Source: Candidatus Sigynarchaeum calidifontis (GTDB lineage: Archaea; Asgardarchaeota; Lokiarchaeia; Sigyniarchaeales; Sigyniarchaeaceae). Taken from it: DNA of 56,437 nucleotides. Every line of letters starts with the position of its first letter. The stretch's first letter is position 1. The notes under the pieces are model-generated. The model did no database searches. It worked only from the letters and a program-made list of their open reading frames with translations, and was not told the DNA's origin. The DNA lies in assembly GCA_030587475.2 (NCBI GenBank), contig JAUQYZ020000229.1, positions 1-56,437 of the forward strand, read 5' to 3'. The translations under genes were made by a program, and so were the position numbers. This document shows, in pieces, positions 43,853-53,312 of the stretch.

Positions 43853-46615
43853 TCAGCGCGCGGCCCGCGCGCGCATCTTGTGCTGCACGAGCTTTCGCAG
43901 CTCGTCGCCGAAGAATACCGTGCTCGCGACGGCGAATATCTCGACCCATTCCAAGAGCGTGAGTGGCGTGGTACCCAGCCCTATCTGGAATATCGGCACG
44001 TAGGTCACCATCACTTGCAGCGAGATGGAAAGCACGATGGAGAAGAGCAAGTACTTGTTGTTCCGCAACCCGATCGTGAACACGGATAGCGTGCGCGACT
44101 TGCAATTGAGGGCATTGAACACCTGGAACATGGCAAGCGTGGTGAAACCAACCGTCCTCGCTTCCTGGAGGTTCCACGTCGATGTCCACGTGATGTGAAA
44201 CAATAACAACGTCCCGATCATCATCAGCGTGGACACGAACAGGGTGTTTTGCAATATCTCGCGGTTGATGATCCGGGCATCTGGCGGGCGTGGTGGCTCG
44301 TCCATGACATCGCGTTCCTTCGGTTCCATGGCAAGGGTGACGTCCAGCACCCCGTCGGTGACCAGGTTCACCCAGAGGACCTGGACAGGCGTGAAGATGA
44401 TGAAATCATATTGTACCCCCGTGAGCAAGGGCATCAACGTGAGCGAGACGATGATCGTGAGGATCTCGCCGAGATTCGTGGAAAGCAGGTACTTCACCAC
44501 CTTGCGCACGTTGGAGAACACGACCCGTCCCTCCTCGATGGCAGCAACGATGCTCGAAAAATTATCATCCGTGAGGATCATGTCCGATGCTTCCTTTGCC
44601 ACGTCCGTGCCCGTGATGCCCATGGCAACCCCGATGTCCGCCGACTTCAGCGCGGGCGCGTCGTTCACGCCATCGCCCGTCATGGCGATAACGTGGCCCT
44701 TGCGACGCAAGGATTGCACGATCTGGTACTTGTTCGTCGGGGACACGCGGGCGAACACGTTCGTGGCATCGATGATGCCGTCGATCGCGTTATCGTCCAT
44801 CTTGTCGAGTTCCTCGCCAGTGACGACACGGCCCCCCTCCCGGACGATGTTTAATTCCTTCCCGATGGCTTCCGCGGTGATCCGGTGGTCGCCCGTTGCC
44901 ATGATGACCTTGATGCCGGCCCTGGTGCAAGTGGCGATGGACGGCAGCGACTCGGGACGGGGGGGATCGATCATGCCGGCGAGGCCCAGGAAAGTACCGG
45001 GTCGCCCTCCATCCTTGAAAGAACTCTTGAAATCGGCGATCTCGTCCCTTTTTATTTCCGCATGGGCCAGGCCAAGCACTCTTAGGGCGTTGCGAGCCAT
45101 TTCCTCGTTGACTTTCAAGATCCGGGCACGTTCGCTCTCGTCCATAGCGACTGCCTTGCCGGCACGTGCTAGCGACGAGCATCGATCGAGAACGATCTCG
45201 GGCGCGCCCTTGATCAAGACATCGATCTTGCCCCCTCCGATGTCGTGGAACGTGATCATGTACTTTTCCTTGGAATTGAAGGGAACCTCGTCGATCCGGG
45301 CGTAATTCTCCTCCACTTCTTCCTTGTGGATGCCTTTTTTCGCGGCAAGGACGAGGAGCGCCCCCTCGGTAACGTCACCATATATCATCCAGCCTTGCTT
45401 CTCGCCTTCCTTGTGCTGCCGGAGACGTGCATCGTTGCAAAGCGTGGCGACTTGCAACAGCTTGGCCAACGATGGCACCGAGCTATCGTCCACTTCCACG
45501 CCATCGACTTGAAATTGACCCTCTGGAACGAAGCCGGCACCGGTCACGTCAACGATCTGCCCGTCGACGTATAATTTGCGCACGGTCATCTGGTTCGTCG
45601 TCAGGGTGCCCGTCTTGTCGGTGCATATGACCGATGCCGCCCCGAGCGTGTCCACGGCTTGCAGCTTCCGGATGATCGCGTTGCGCTTGGCCATCCGGTT
45701 GACGCCGATCGCCAGCGTGATGGTCATGACGGCGGGTAATCCCTCTGGTATGGCCGAAACGGCGGTCGCCAGGCCGAAAAAAAAGAGATCCAGCACGTGG
45801 AACGCCCGGAGAAGACCGACGACGATGATCGACGCGCTCGCGATGAGGGCGAGCAAGCCGAGCTTCTTCGTGATGTCCTCGGTCTGCTTCTGGATGGGTG
45901 TCTTGACTTTCTCGGCCCGGGTGAGCAGCGTGGCGATTTTACCGATCTCCGTCCGCATGCCCGTCGCGACGACGATGCCCTTGCCACGCCCGTGCGTGAC
46001 GACCGTGCCGGAATACGCCATGTTGACACGATCCCCGATGAGGAATTCTGGCTTGACCTTGCCGGTGCTCTTGTTCACGGTCGTGGATTCGCCCGTGAGC
46101 ATCGACTCGTCAACTTCAAGGTTCGATACCTCGAAGAGCCGGACGTCAGCGGGTACCTTGTCACCAGCCTCGAGCAAGACGACATCTCCGGGCACGATCT
46201 CGGAAGCCTTCAACCGTATCTCCGCGCATCCTGCTTGCCCGGAACATTTTCGCAACACGTCCGCTTCATGGAACGTGAGTTTCTTCAACGCTTCAAGCGC
46301 CGTCTCCGCCTTGTATTCCTGGCTAAAGCCGAGGATCGTGTTGAAGGCGATGACCGCGATGACGACGTAGGTATCCACGTACTTGCCGGCCAAGACGGAC
46401 AAGAATGCTGCAATGACGAGAACGATGAACAGCGGGTTCTTGATCTGGTCTAACAATATCTCGAGCTTGGTGACCTTGTGCCCCTCGACGAGTTCGTTCG
46501 GGCCGTATGCCTGGAGTCGACGTGTGACCTCGCCCTCCGAGAGCCCGTGGGGACCCGTGTCGAGTTCCTTGAAGACCGCTTCGACCTCCAACGAGTGCCA
46601 CTTGTTTTCTTTCAT
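43853..46615 (-). CDS. P-type ATPase, type IIA (Ca2+-transporting-like)
   Basis: YGPNEL, LTGES, AIPEGLP, DKTGTLT, KGAPE, DPPR, TGD, GDGVNDAPALK, LWVNLVTD. ATG at 46615. Confidence 0.96.
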   Translation of the reverse strand: MKENKWHSLEVEAVFKELDTGPHGLSEGEVTRRLQAYGPNELVEGHKVTKLEILLDQIKNPLFIVLVIAAFLSVLAGKYVDTYVVIAVIAFNTILGFSQEYKAETALEALKKLTFHEADVLRKCSGQAGCAEIRLKASEIVPGDVVLLEAGDKVPADVRLFEVSNLEVDESMLTGESTTVNKSTGKVKPEFLIGDRVNMAYSGTVVTHGRGKGIVVATGMRTEIGKIATLLTRAEKVKTPIQKQTEDITKKLGLLALIASASIIVVGLLRAFHVLDLFFFGLATAVSAIPEGLPAVMTITLAIGVNRMAKRNAIIRKLQAVDTLGAASVICTDKTGTLTTNQMTVRKLYVDGQIVDVTGAGFVPEGQFQVDGVEVDDSSVPSLAKLLQVATLCNDARLRQHKEGEKQGWMIYGDVTEGALLVLAAKKGIHKEEVEENYARIDEVPFNSKEKYMITFHDIGGGKIDVLIKGAPEIVLDRCSSLARAGKAVAMDESERARILKVNEEMARNALRVLGLAHAEIKRDEIADFKSSFKDGGRPGTFLGLAGMIDPPRPESLPSIATCTRAGIKVIMATGDHRITAEAIGKELNIVREGGRVVTGEELDKMDDNAIDGIIDATNVFARVSPTNKYQIVQSLRRKGHVIAMTGDGVNDAPALKSADIGVAMGITGTDVAKEASDMILTDDNFSSIVAAIEEGRVVFSNVRKVVKYLLSTNLGEILTIIVSLTLMPLLTGVQYDFIIFTPVQVLWVNLVTDGVLDVTLAMEPKERDVMDEPPRPPDARIINREILQNTLFVSTLMMIGTLLLFHITWTSTWNLQEARTVGFTTLAMFQVFNALNCKSRTLSVFTIGLRNNKYLLFSIVLSISLQVMVTYVPIFQIGLGTTPLTLLEWVEIFAVASTVFFGDELRKLVQHKMRARAAR

Positions 46616-46861
46616 GATGGTTCGACCTCGCGTTGTAAACGGTTCCCCGACTCCCCGACAAGATTTGTCGCAACACGAAAGTAGAACGGGAACCTTGGTA
46701 CGATTTGAAAAATTGTATAAGTACCCATTAAAATAGTTTGTCATGTTGAGGAAAACCCCCAATTCCAGACGAGAATCCCGCATCACCGGCGCATGGTCGT
46801 GGATTAAAACGTGCTGCTTTACGCGATAGCTAACCACAGTTCATACCTGTTCAGCCGTGCC

Positions 46862-47806
46862 ATGGGCGCGAGCATCGGGCTTGTAGAGCCAGAACCGGAG
46901 AACATCATCCGCCGGCTCTCCGCGTGCTCGCGGGAGGCGGCGCGCGTCTTGACAAGCGAGTATCCGGCGCTGGGGAAGGTACTTGTACCGGCCGTGCAGT
47001 ACGGGAACGAGTCGGACATGTACTTCGACGACCCCGGGCTGGTCGACGTGCTGGTCTCGGAGCGGGACGCCCCCGTGCCCGTGCACGCGTTCATCCACGA
47101 GACCTCGGACAAGCAGCCGCTCGTCAAGGGATTTCGTGACAAGATGGCACGGTTATTACCGCTGTGCCGCCGCCTCGGGACGCGCAACATCACGGTGCAC
47201 TTGCCACTCGACCGGGCCGACACGACCATGGCCTTGCTCGAAGAACTTTGCACCCCGGTATTTTTGGATCTCGTGCGAAAATCGCGCGTGTCGATCGACC
47301 TGGAGAATAACTGGCACGCGTCGTGGTTTGGATTCGCTGAAAATTTGATCAATTTCTACGCGACACTTGACAAGCGGTTAGATGCCATCGGGGAAGGAGG
47401 CATGAAGGAATGGTTTGGCATGACCTTCGATAGCGGCCATTTTTTCGCCCAATATCGCATCGCGGGGCGGCCGCTGCGGCCGGATCTCGACCGGCTCTTC
47501 TCGGTTCTCGGCGACCGCATCCGGACGGTGCACCTCCACGGGAACGACGGCACCAGCGACCAGCACAGGTGTTTCGAGCCCCCGCCGGCGGCTCCAGCAC
47601 AAGCAAGCACCTTCGTTTCGAACCAGCAAGCCTTGCTCGCTTGCTTGCCGTTGCTCGACCTGGCGGGCCGGGCGCGAGCGGGCGAGTGGGACATCGTGAT
47701 CGTGTCCGAGATCGCCGTGCCGTTCACGATGGAGACATATCTCGCCCACTCTCGTCTTCTTTTCGACGCCATCACGGGTCGTCCTTTAAAACCTTGCATT
47801 GCATGA
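46862..47806 (+). CDS. Xylose isomerase-like / AP endonuclease 2 TIM-barrel protein
   Basis: VHA, TVH, LENN, FDSGH, VHLHGNDG..DQH, and E metal-ligand pattern. Confidence 0.8.
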   Translation: MGASIGLVEPEPENIIRRLSACSREAARVLTSEYPALGKVLVPAVQYGNESDMYFDDPGLVDVLVSERDAPVPVHAFIHETSDKQPLVKGFRDKMARLLPLCRRLGTRNITVHLPLDRADTTMALLEELCTPVFLDLVRKSRVSIDLENNWHASWFGFAENLINFYATLDKRLDAIGEGGMKEWFGMTFDSGHFFAQYRIAGRPLRPDLDRLFSVLGDRIRTVHLHGNDGTSDQHRCFEPPPAAPAQASTFVSNQQALLACLPLLDLAGRARAGEWDIVIVSEIAVPFTMETYLAHSRLLFDAITGRPLKPCIA

Positions 47807-47889
47807 ACTCGAAAAGGCGCATCACGATCGCGGGACGTTTAAAAACATTGATCGAGTAGAGGATCGCTGGGCTTCGAGGTGCTAATTCC

Positions 47890-48729
47890 ATGAACCGCTT
47901 TTCTGTCGTGTCCTTGCATTTCACGCGCGAGTGCAACTTGAACTGTTCTTTCTGTTACCGCCCTAAAGAATTGACGGGTAAAGAAAAATCATTGCCATTT
48001 TTCATCGATTGCGTGAAATACATGAAGGAACTCGCGCCGCAAGTCGCCCTCGGCGGGGGCGAACCGTTCATGTTTCCCGGGTTCATGAACACGCTGGGAA
48101 ACGAATGCAGTAAGCACGGCATGACCCTCAACGTGACGACCAACGGCACCTTGATACGCGGCATGGACAACGTGCACCTCCACCAGGCCGTCAAGGACGT
48201 GGCCATGGTGTCGGTCAGCCTCGACCACGGGAAGTGGCACGATCTCCGGGAGTACGCGTGCGTCGTCCGTCGCCTCAAGTCGGCGAAGCCCGGCTTGCTG
48301 GTCGGCACGAATTTATTACTCGAGCCGGGCTATTTCGAGGAACATGGGAAACCGCTCTACTTCACCATCGAGTGGTGCATCAAGAAAGCCCGCGTGGACA
48401 GGGTGTTCTTGTTGTACCCCAAGAACGTGCCGCTTGGTGTCGATATCGTGCAATACAAGGACTTTTTCTCGGCGATCTCGACGATGTTCCCGGGCAGCAT
48501 CTTCGTCGACGACTTGACCCGCCAGATCCTCGAGCACGGCTACCCGCCATGGAACGTGCCTTGCCACCACGGCAGGGACATCGTGTCGATCGACGAGGAA
48601 GGGGGCGTGCACGGGTGCTCGTTCGACACCGCCCCGGTGCTCAAGATGGCGGTTCCATCCGATCTGCTCGGGGTGAAGGACATCCCGTTCGAGAGCCGGC
48701 TGTCCTGCCCTTATTTGAAGCGTGACTGA
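47890..48729 (+). CDS. Radical SAM enzyme with Twitch/SPASM-like C-terminal cysteines
   Basis: CNLNCSFC, GGGEP, TTNG, VSLD, then PCHHG...IDEEGGVHGCSF...CPY. Confidence 0.92.
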   Translation: MNRFSVVSLHFTRECNLNCSFCYRPKELTGKEKSLPFFIDCVKYMKELAPQVALGGGEPFMFPGFMNTLGNECSKHGMTLNVTTNGTLIRGMDNVHLHQAVKDVAMVSVSLDHGKWHDLREYACVVRRLKSAKPGLLVGTNLLLEPGYFEEHGKPLYFTIEWCIKKARVDRVFLLYPKNVPLGVDIVQYKDFFSAISTMFPGSIFVDDLTRQILEHGYPPWNVPCHHGRDIVSIDEEGGVHGCSFDTAPVLKMAVPSDLLGVKDIPFESRLSCPYLKRD

Positions 48730-48731
48730 CC

Positions 48732-49028
48732 ATGGACGACGAGCACATCCAATTCGATTTCAAGGGAGCCCTGGCACGTGCCGGGTATCGAGAACAACGG
48801 TTCGATTGCTGCGACACGTGCAGGTTTCATGCAAATTGGTACGAGGGGGACATGTATTGCAAGTTGCATGTCGATTTCATCGGCTCGAAAACCAAGCACG
48901 TGCATTTCGTTTTCGTGAACTGGAACGGGATTTGCAAGCATTATCGCCCGGTGAAAGATAAATACCGGCTAAAAGGCATCGCATCGAAATCGCTGAATGA
49001 CATCCGGGATAAGGTGAGATGGGAATGA
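48732..49028 (+). CDS. Small Cys/His-rich protein (possible Zn or Fe-S binding)
   Basis: CCDTCRFH...CKLH...ICKHY. 2 nt gap upstream and ATGA overlap downstream. Confidence 0.72.
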   Translation: MDDEHIQFDFKGALARAGYREQRFDCCDTCRFHANWYEGDMYCKLHVDFIGSKTKHVHFVFVNWNGICKHYRPVKDKYRLKGIASKSLNDIRDKVRWE

Positions 49029-50002
49029 TCGACTTGAATCCGAATTGCTCGGAATGCATCTTCGCGCTGAAAGGATTGTCGCGCGACGAGGCCATCGCCG
49101 CGCTGAACGCCATCGGGATATTCGAGGTGACGATCCCGGTCACGTCCAATTACGACGGCAAGACGTACGATCACGTTTATCTTGCCGACAAGGATAACGA
49201 GCTGCTGCCAAATTTCGACGAGCACAATGGCAACTTGGATCTCGACGAATGGGCAGTTGGCGTGTGTGTCCACGGCGACATCAATCTCGGCGACTATGCT
49301 TATCCGACCATGCTCAAGATCCAGAAGGCGTTCCCGCAAGGATCGTGGGAGGACATCAACGGGAGCGAGGTGGAGGAGTTCTTGCAATGGTACATGCACG
49401 ACATGCCGCCTGTCAAGACGAAGATGGACGAGAAGACCAAGAGAATTCGTGAAAAGTACGTGAACCCGCAGATTAAACAAAAAACCGAGTTAAATCCGAA
49501 TTGCTCCGAGATCGTGTTCAAGCTCCCGGGAATCACGAGGGAACAAGCCCTCGCCAAGCTCCGTGACATCGGCATCCTCGAAGTCACGATACCGCTAAAA
49601 TTATTTTCCAGGGACAATGACGACGACATTTCTTGGACAATCCTCGCGGACCGGGATAACCCGCTCGTGCCGGATCTCGACTCGGAATACGGGGGCGCCC
49701 AGCTTGACATCGAAACGTGGCAAAACGGGGAAACCGTGATTCACGGCGGCATTAACCTCGAGTATTCCGCGTTCCCGACCATGAAAAAGATCCGGGACGC
49801 GTTCCCGGCGAGCAAGTGGGAGGAAGCCATGGGAGGCGACACGGCGGGAGAATTCGAGGAATGGCTGAACAACGGGATGAGATTCACCGCGAGGCAAAAG
49901 AAAGCGGTAAAATTCGGGCGAAAGAAACCGGGCAAGGACACAAGAAAAGCGAGGAAGGAGATCATCGACCCGGCATTCGCCGCGCTGAACCCGGTGGATT
50001 GA
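49025..50002 (+). CDS. Protein of two tandem ~130 aa repeats, each beginning LNPNCSE
   Basis: The repeats align throughout (IG..EVTIP, LAD.DN...P..D, HG.INL, A.PTM.KI..AFP...WE, EF..W). Basic C-terminal tail. Confidence 0.82.
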   Translation: MIDLNPNCSECIFALKGLSRDEAIAALNAIGIFEVTIPVTSNYDGKTYDHVYLADKDNELLPNFDEHNGNLDLDEWAVGVCVHGDINLGDYAYPTMLKIQKAFPQGSWEDINGSEVEEFLQWYMHDMPPVKTKMDEKTKRIREKYVNPQIKQKTELNPNCSEIVFKLPGITREQALAKLRDIGILEVTIPLKLFSRDNDDDISWTILADRDNPLVPDLDSEYGGAQLDIETWQNGETVIHGGINLEYSAFPTMKKIRDAFPASKWEEAMGGDTAGEFEEWLNNGMRFTARQKKAVKFGRKKPGKDTRKARKEIIDPAFAALNPVD

Positions 50003-50107
50003 AGCGGTTATCCGGGCAATAGGCCAAGCGTCTAACCGCGCAGAGCCAGAAAGGATATTAAATAGAATTGGTACTGGTGACCGTGAATTGACATTCCACC
50101 TCCTCCG

Positions 50108-50716
50108 GTGCACGAAACCATGATAGTGGTATACCATGCCGGCCACGAGATCGAGCTTCCACCAGATAGCATGATCATCATCAAGCGTGCCTCGGAACGC
50201 GATTATGAATCACTTGCGAACGAGGACTTGAAAATAGAATTCGACGGAGAGTGCTTGTACATTCATTCCCCCGCATCCAAACTGCATGAAAACGTCGTTT
50301 TCAATTTAATGGCCATTTTCAAGCGTCATGTTTCTCAAAGCCCGTTTTTGGGCGATATCATCGGATCCAAGTTCGCATTGAAGTTACCAAATGGAAAAAG
50401 ACCGGAGCCGGACGTGGTTGTCGTCCCCCGAGGTGCCGTGGCGGATAATGATTCAGTCTATGAGGGCGTCCCGCCTCTCGTTGTCGAAGTACTCTCGACG
50501 AGCACGAAAGACCACGACCTCAATATCAAACACACGTGGTATGAAGAGAGCCACGTGCCCGAGATATGGTATGTCGATCTCGAAGGGCACAAGGTCACCG
50601 TGCTTCGTCTATCGAAGGATGGAACTTACACGTCAACGGATTATGCGAAAGACGTCATCATTTGCGAGGCGTTGGGACGCCTGGAGATACCACTTGCCGA
50701 TATATTCACAACATGA
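50108..50716 (+). CDS. Uma2 (DUF820) family PD-(D/E)xK endonuclease-like protein
   Basis: EFDG...SPA...H, EPDV, PPLVVEVLS.ST...D...K...Y...VPEIW.VD. Confidence 0.9.
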   Translation: MHETMIVVYHAGHEIELPPDSMIIIKRASERDYESLANEDLKIEFDGECLYIHSPASKLHENVVFNLMAIFKRHVSQSPFLGDIIGSKFALKLPNGKRPEPDVVVVPRGAVADNDSVYEGVPPLVVEVLSTSTKDHDLNIKHTWYEESHVPEIWYVDLEGHKVTVLRLSKDGTYTSTDYAKDVIICEALGRLEIPLADIFTT

Positions 50717-50848
50717 TGCATCGAGAGCCTTTCGTTTCTATATCACGCGAGACACGGCGGAACTACATCGCATTGTTTAACTTGGACCCGTTATCCTAAT
50801 TGTACCTCGCATCCAAATCCCCGTCGATCGAACCTTGGGACCTCGTGA

Positions 50849-52171
50849 ATGATCCGACAAGTGCACGTGCAGCGTCTACTGGCTATCGCGTTCGTTGCCA
50901 TGGTTTTTTCAGGGAACATTGCCTTGATCTTCATCAATTATGACACGATGCAAGCAGCCAGGGACGAGCGCCTCCTCTCGGAAGCGCGCAAGCGCATCTT
51001 GGCGATCCGCCGCGGCACGATCGAGCTGGATTTCGGTGCCGGGAATGCGAGCAAATCCGTGACCATCACGCAGCGATCGCACGCGTTCCGGTTCGGTTGC
51101 AACGCCTATCAATACGGTTTATTCAACACTAGCACGCTCAACCAAAAATACAACGACTTGTTCTCGGCCATGTTCAACTACGCGACGGTTCCTTTTTACT
51201 GGACGACCTACGAGTGGAACCGGGGCGTGTTCCCGTACGAGGCCCGGCTGCATGACATGACTGCATGGCTTCGTAGCTTCAACGCGACGGCCAAGGGCCA
51301 CCCGATCATCTGGCAAGCCGAGGAAATCGTCCCGCCGTGGATGAAAGCGCTCGACCAAGCGGCGCAACAAGATGCCGCCCTCGACCACATCGATCGCGTC
51401 CTGTCTCAATTCCCCGAGATATACACGTGGGACCTCGTGAACGAGATGACGCACGTGCCGAACACGTGGCTCGGCTCGACACCCGACGAGACGTGGAAAG
51501 CCGCGGTCGGGCACGCCCGCGCGATTCGGAACGATTGCGAGTTCATCGCCAACGAGTACTCCATCGGTGACGGGCAAAGCCCGGATCCATTTCATGATTT
51601 CGTCTCGAAGGTCGTGCTGGCTGGCGCCGCACCCGACGCGCTCGGGTTCCAGTTCCACACGATCGACCAGTGGTATCCGCTCGACAAGCTCGTTTCCACG
51701 CTCGACCGCTTCGGCACGTTCAAGATCCCGATCCACATCACGGAGTTCTTGCCAGGGAGCAAGGGAATGTACAAGGACGGGACCCGCGGCGGCGCCATGA
51801 CCGAGGCCACGCAAGCGGAATGGGCAGCCCGTGCCTACACGATGCTCTTTTCTCACCCCGCCGTCGACGCGATCACGTGGTGGGACTTCAGCGACGCGGC
51901 CTGGTCGGCGTGGATGGCGGAGAAGGGAGCGTACATGATGGCACCCGACGGCCGCGTCTTGCCCGTGTATGGCCGGCTGTTCGACCTCATCCACGTGCAA
52001 TGGAACTCGTCGTGCACGATCTTGCTGGACGGGGCGGGAAAGTGCTCGTTTACCGGGTACTACGGAAATTACACGTTCGTCATCGAGGGCGGTTCTGCCG
52101 GCGCGTTCCAGATCATCGACGATCGGCCCGCCAACGCTCGTCCCTGGACCATCGGCGACGTTCATCCTTGA
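50849..52171 (+). CDS. GH10-family glycoside hydrolase (endo-1,4-beta-xylanase-like), N-terminally anchored
   Basis: H.F.FG, FNYAT..FYW..YE, KGHPIIW, WDLVNE, ANEY, GFQFH, IHITE, SHPAVDAITWW. Confidence 0.9.
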   Translation: MIRQVHVQRLLAIAFVAMVFSGNIALIFINYDTMQAARDERLLSEARKRILAIRRGTIELDFGAGNASKSVTITQRSHAFRFGCNAYQYGLFNTSTLNQKYNDLFSAMFNYATVPFYWTTYEWNRGVFPYEARLHDMTAWLRSFNATAKGHPIIWQAEEIVPPWMKALDQAAQQDAALDHIDRVLSQFPEIYTWDLVNEMTHVPNTWLGSTPDETWKAAVGHARAIRNDCEFIANEYSIGDGQSPDPFHDFVSKVVLAGAAPDALGFQFHTIDQWYPLDKLVSTLDRFGTFKIPIHITEFLPGSKGMYKDGTRGGAMTEATQAEWAARAYTMLFSHPAVDAITWWDFSDAAWSAWMAEKGAYMMAPDGRVLPVYGRLFDLIHVQWNSSCTILLDGAGKCSFTGYYGNYTFVIEGGSAGAFQIIDDRPANARPWTIGDVHP

Positions 52172-52357
52172 TGTCCCGCGTGACTCCGAAAAACACGGTG
52201 ATCTCGTCCTCCGAGAGAATCATTCGCAGTCTTGGTTGCAGGAGCAAACGAACATCTACATCGATATTTGACCGAAAAGGCAAAAAGGAGGCAAATGGAA
52301 GACATCAGCTGCTTCCGATACATTATCTTGTCTCGACGATTACCGGGATAGTCGATA

Positions 52358-52675
52358 TCAACCGATTTCGATGCCATCGATCATTGCCTGGCTTATCATC
52401 CCTAATTGACCGCATTTATTCTCGAATTCCTTCACCGTGTAGCAGATGGGCTCGAGTTCTAGGGGATAACCATCCCAAAAATCGAGAACCAAGGCAATTC
52501 TTTCTGCAAATCTCATCCCGGCGAAATAATCGGAGATAACGATGATATCGTAATCGCTGTTTCGGAAATTGTCACCTCTAGCCCGGCTTCCGAATAGAAT
52601 GATGCGATCGATAGGGAGCTTTTCCTTTATGCGCTTTGCAAATTCTTGAATTCTTCCATCCGGTTCTTTACCCAT
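52358..52675 (-). CDS. MNT minimal nucleotidyltransferase (antitoxin-type)
   Basis: ILFGSRARGD...SDYDIIVIS. Confidence 0.9.
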   Translation of the reverse strand: MGKEPDGRIQEFAKRIKEKLPIDRIILFGSRARGDNFRNSDYDIIVISDYFAGMRFAERIALVLDFWDGYPLELEPICYTVKEFENKCGQLGMISQAMIDGIEIG

Positions 52676-53028
52676 GATATAACCCCTCTCGCAGTAGTTA
52701 AATAACGTTCTCCGATTTTCTCGTCATAATTCTCGGCTGGAATACCGTTTGCAATATCGGGATAGCGCGAGATCATGTATTCGGGATTCAACTCTCTTAT
52801 ACCGGTCATTAATTCTTGCGGGATGCCCAATTCATTCGCCAAGTAGATTAACGAATGACTCTTGGCGCTTTCATTCTTGATCAGGAGGTAAAGCCCTTTC
52901 ATGGCCTTTTCCGATGCTTGATGAGAATAAAACGCGACGCCGTCGAAGTATCCGTGCTTTTGGAGGACCTCGGCCTTCTTGTAATCCGCTTCTGCCTGCG
53001 AGATCCAATCGGTTACTTCTCGACGCAT
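52627..53028 (-). CDS. HEPN domain protein (HEPN-MNT pair)
   Basis: W..QA..D, F.SHQASEKAMK, SHSL..L, Y..SRYPD. Overlaps the MNT gene. Confidence 0.9.
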   Translation of the reverse strand: MRREVTDWISQAEADYKKAEVLQKHGYFDGVAFYSHQASEKAMKGLYLLIKNESAKSHSLIYLANELGIPQELMTGIRELNPEYMISRYPDIANGIPAENYDEKIGERYLTTARGVISWVKNRMEEFKNLQSA

Positions 53029-53312
53029 ATGGGTGATATACCTAACTTGAATTTTTCAACTTACCTTCTGTTTAACGATAAAAATGGAGGGACGCGACTT
53101 GCTTGAAAGATTACGTGGAATGCTACTCGGCGCATCCGCCACGGCGATGTCGACGATCTTTATCATGCCATTGTTAGCATCGGCATTTCGATGCTTCATC
53201 GTGTTGGAATGAAGCACGTGACCTCCCTTGCCGGGAATCGCAAACGCGATTTTCGTCGGCAGGGCGTGATGCGTAATGATTAATACCATTATGGCCAAAG
53301 TGAAAGTTGGTC

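Noticed and set aside
42190-46453. Long plus-strand ORFs (42190..43140, 44229..45305, 45576..46370) and similar ones across the window
   Set aside because: Antisense shadows of well-supported genes, expected in GC-rich coding DNA.
47890-48729. Radical SAM as the missing QueE
   Set aside because: It lacks the QueE N-terminal E.F.S.QGEG and CDT signatures, has extra C-terminal cysteines, and sits in a different operon.
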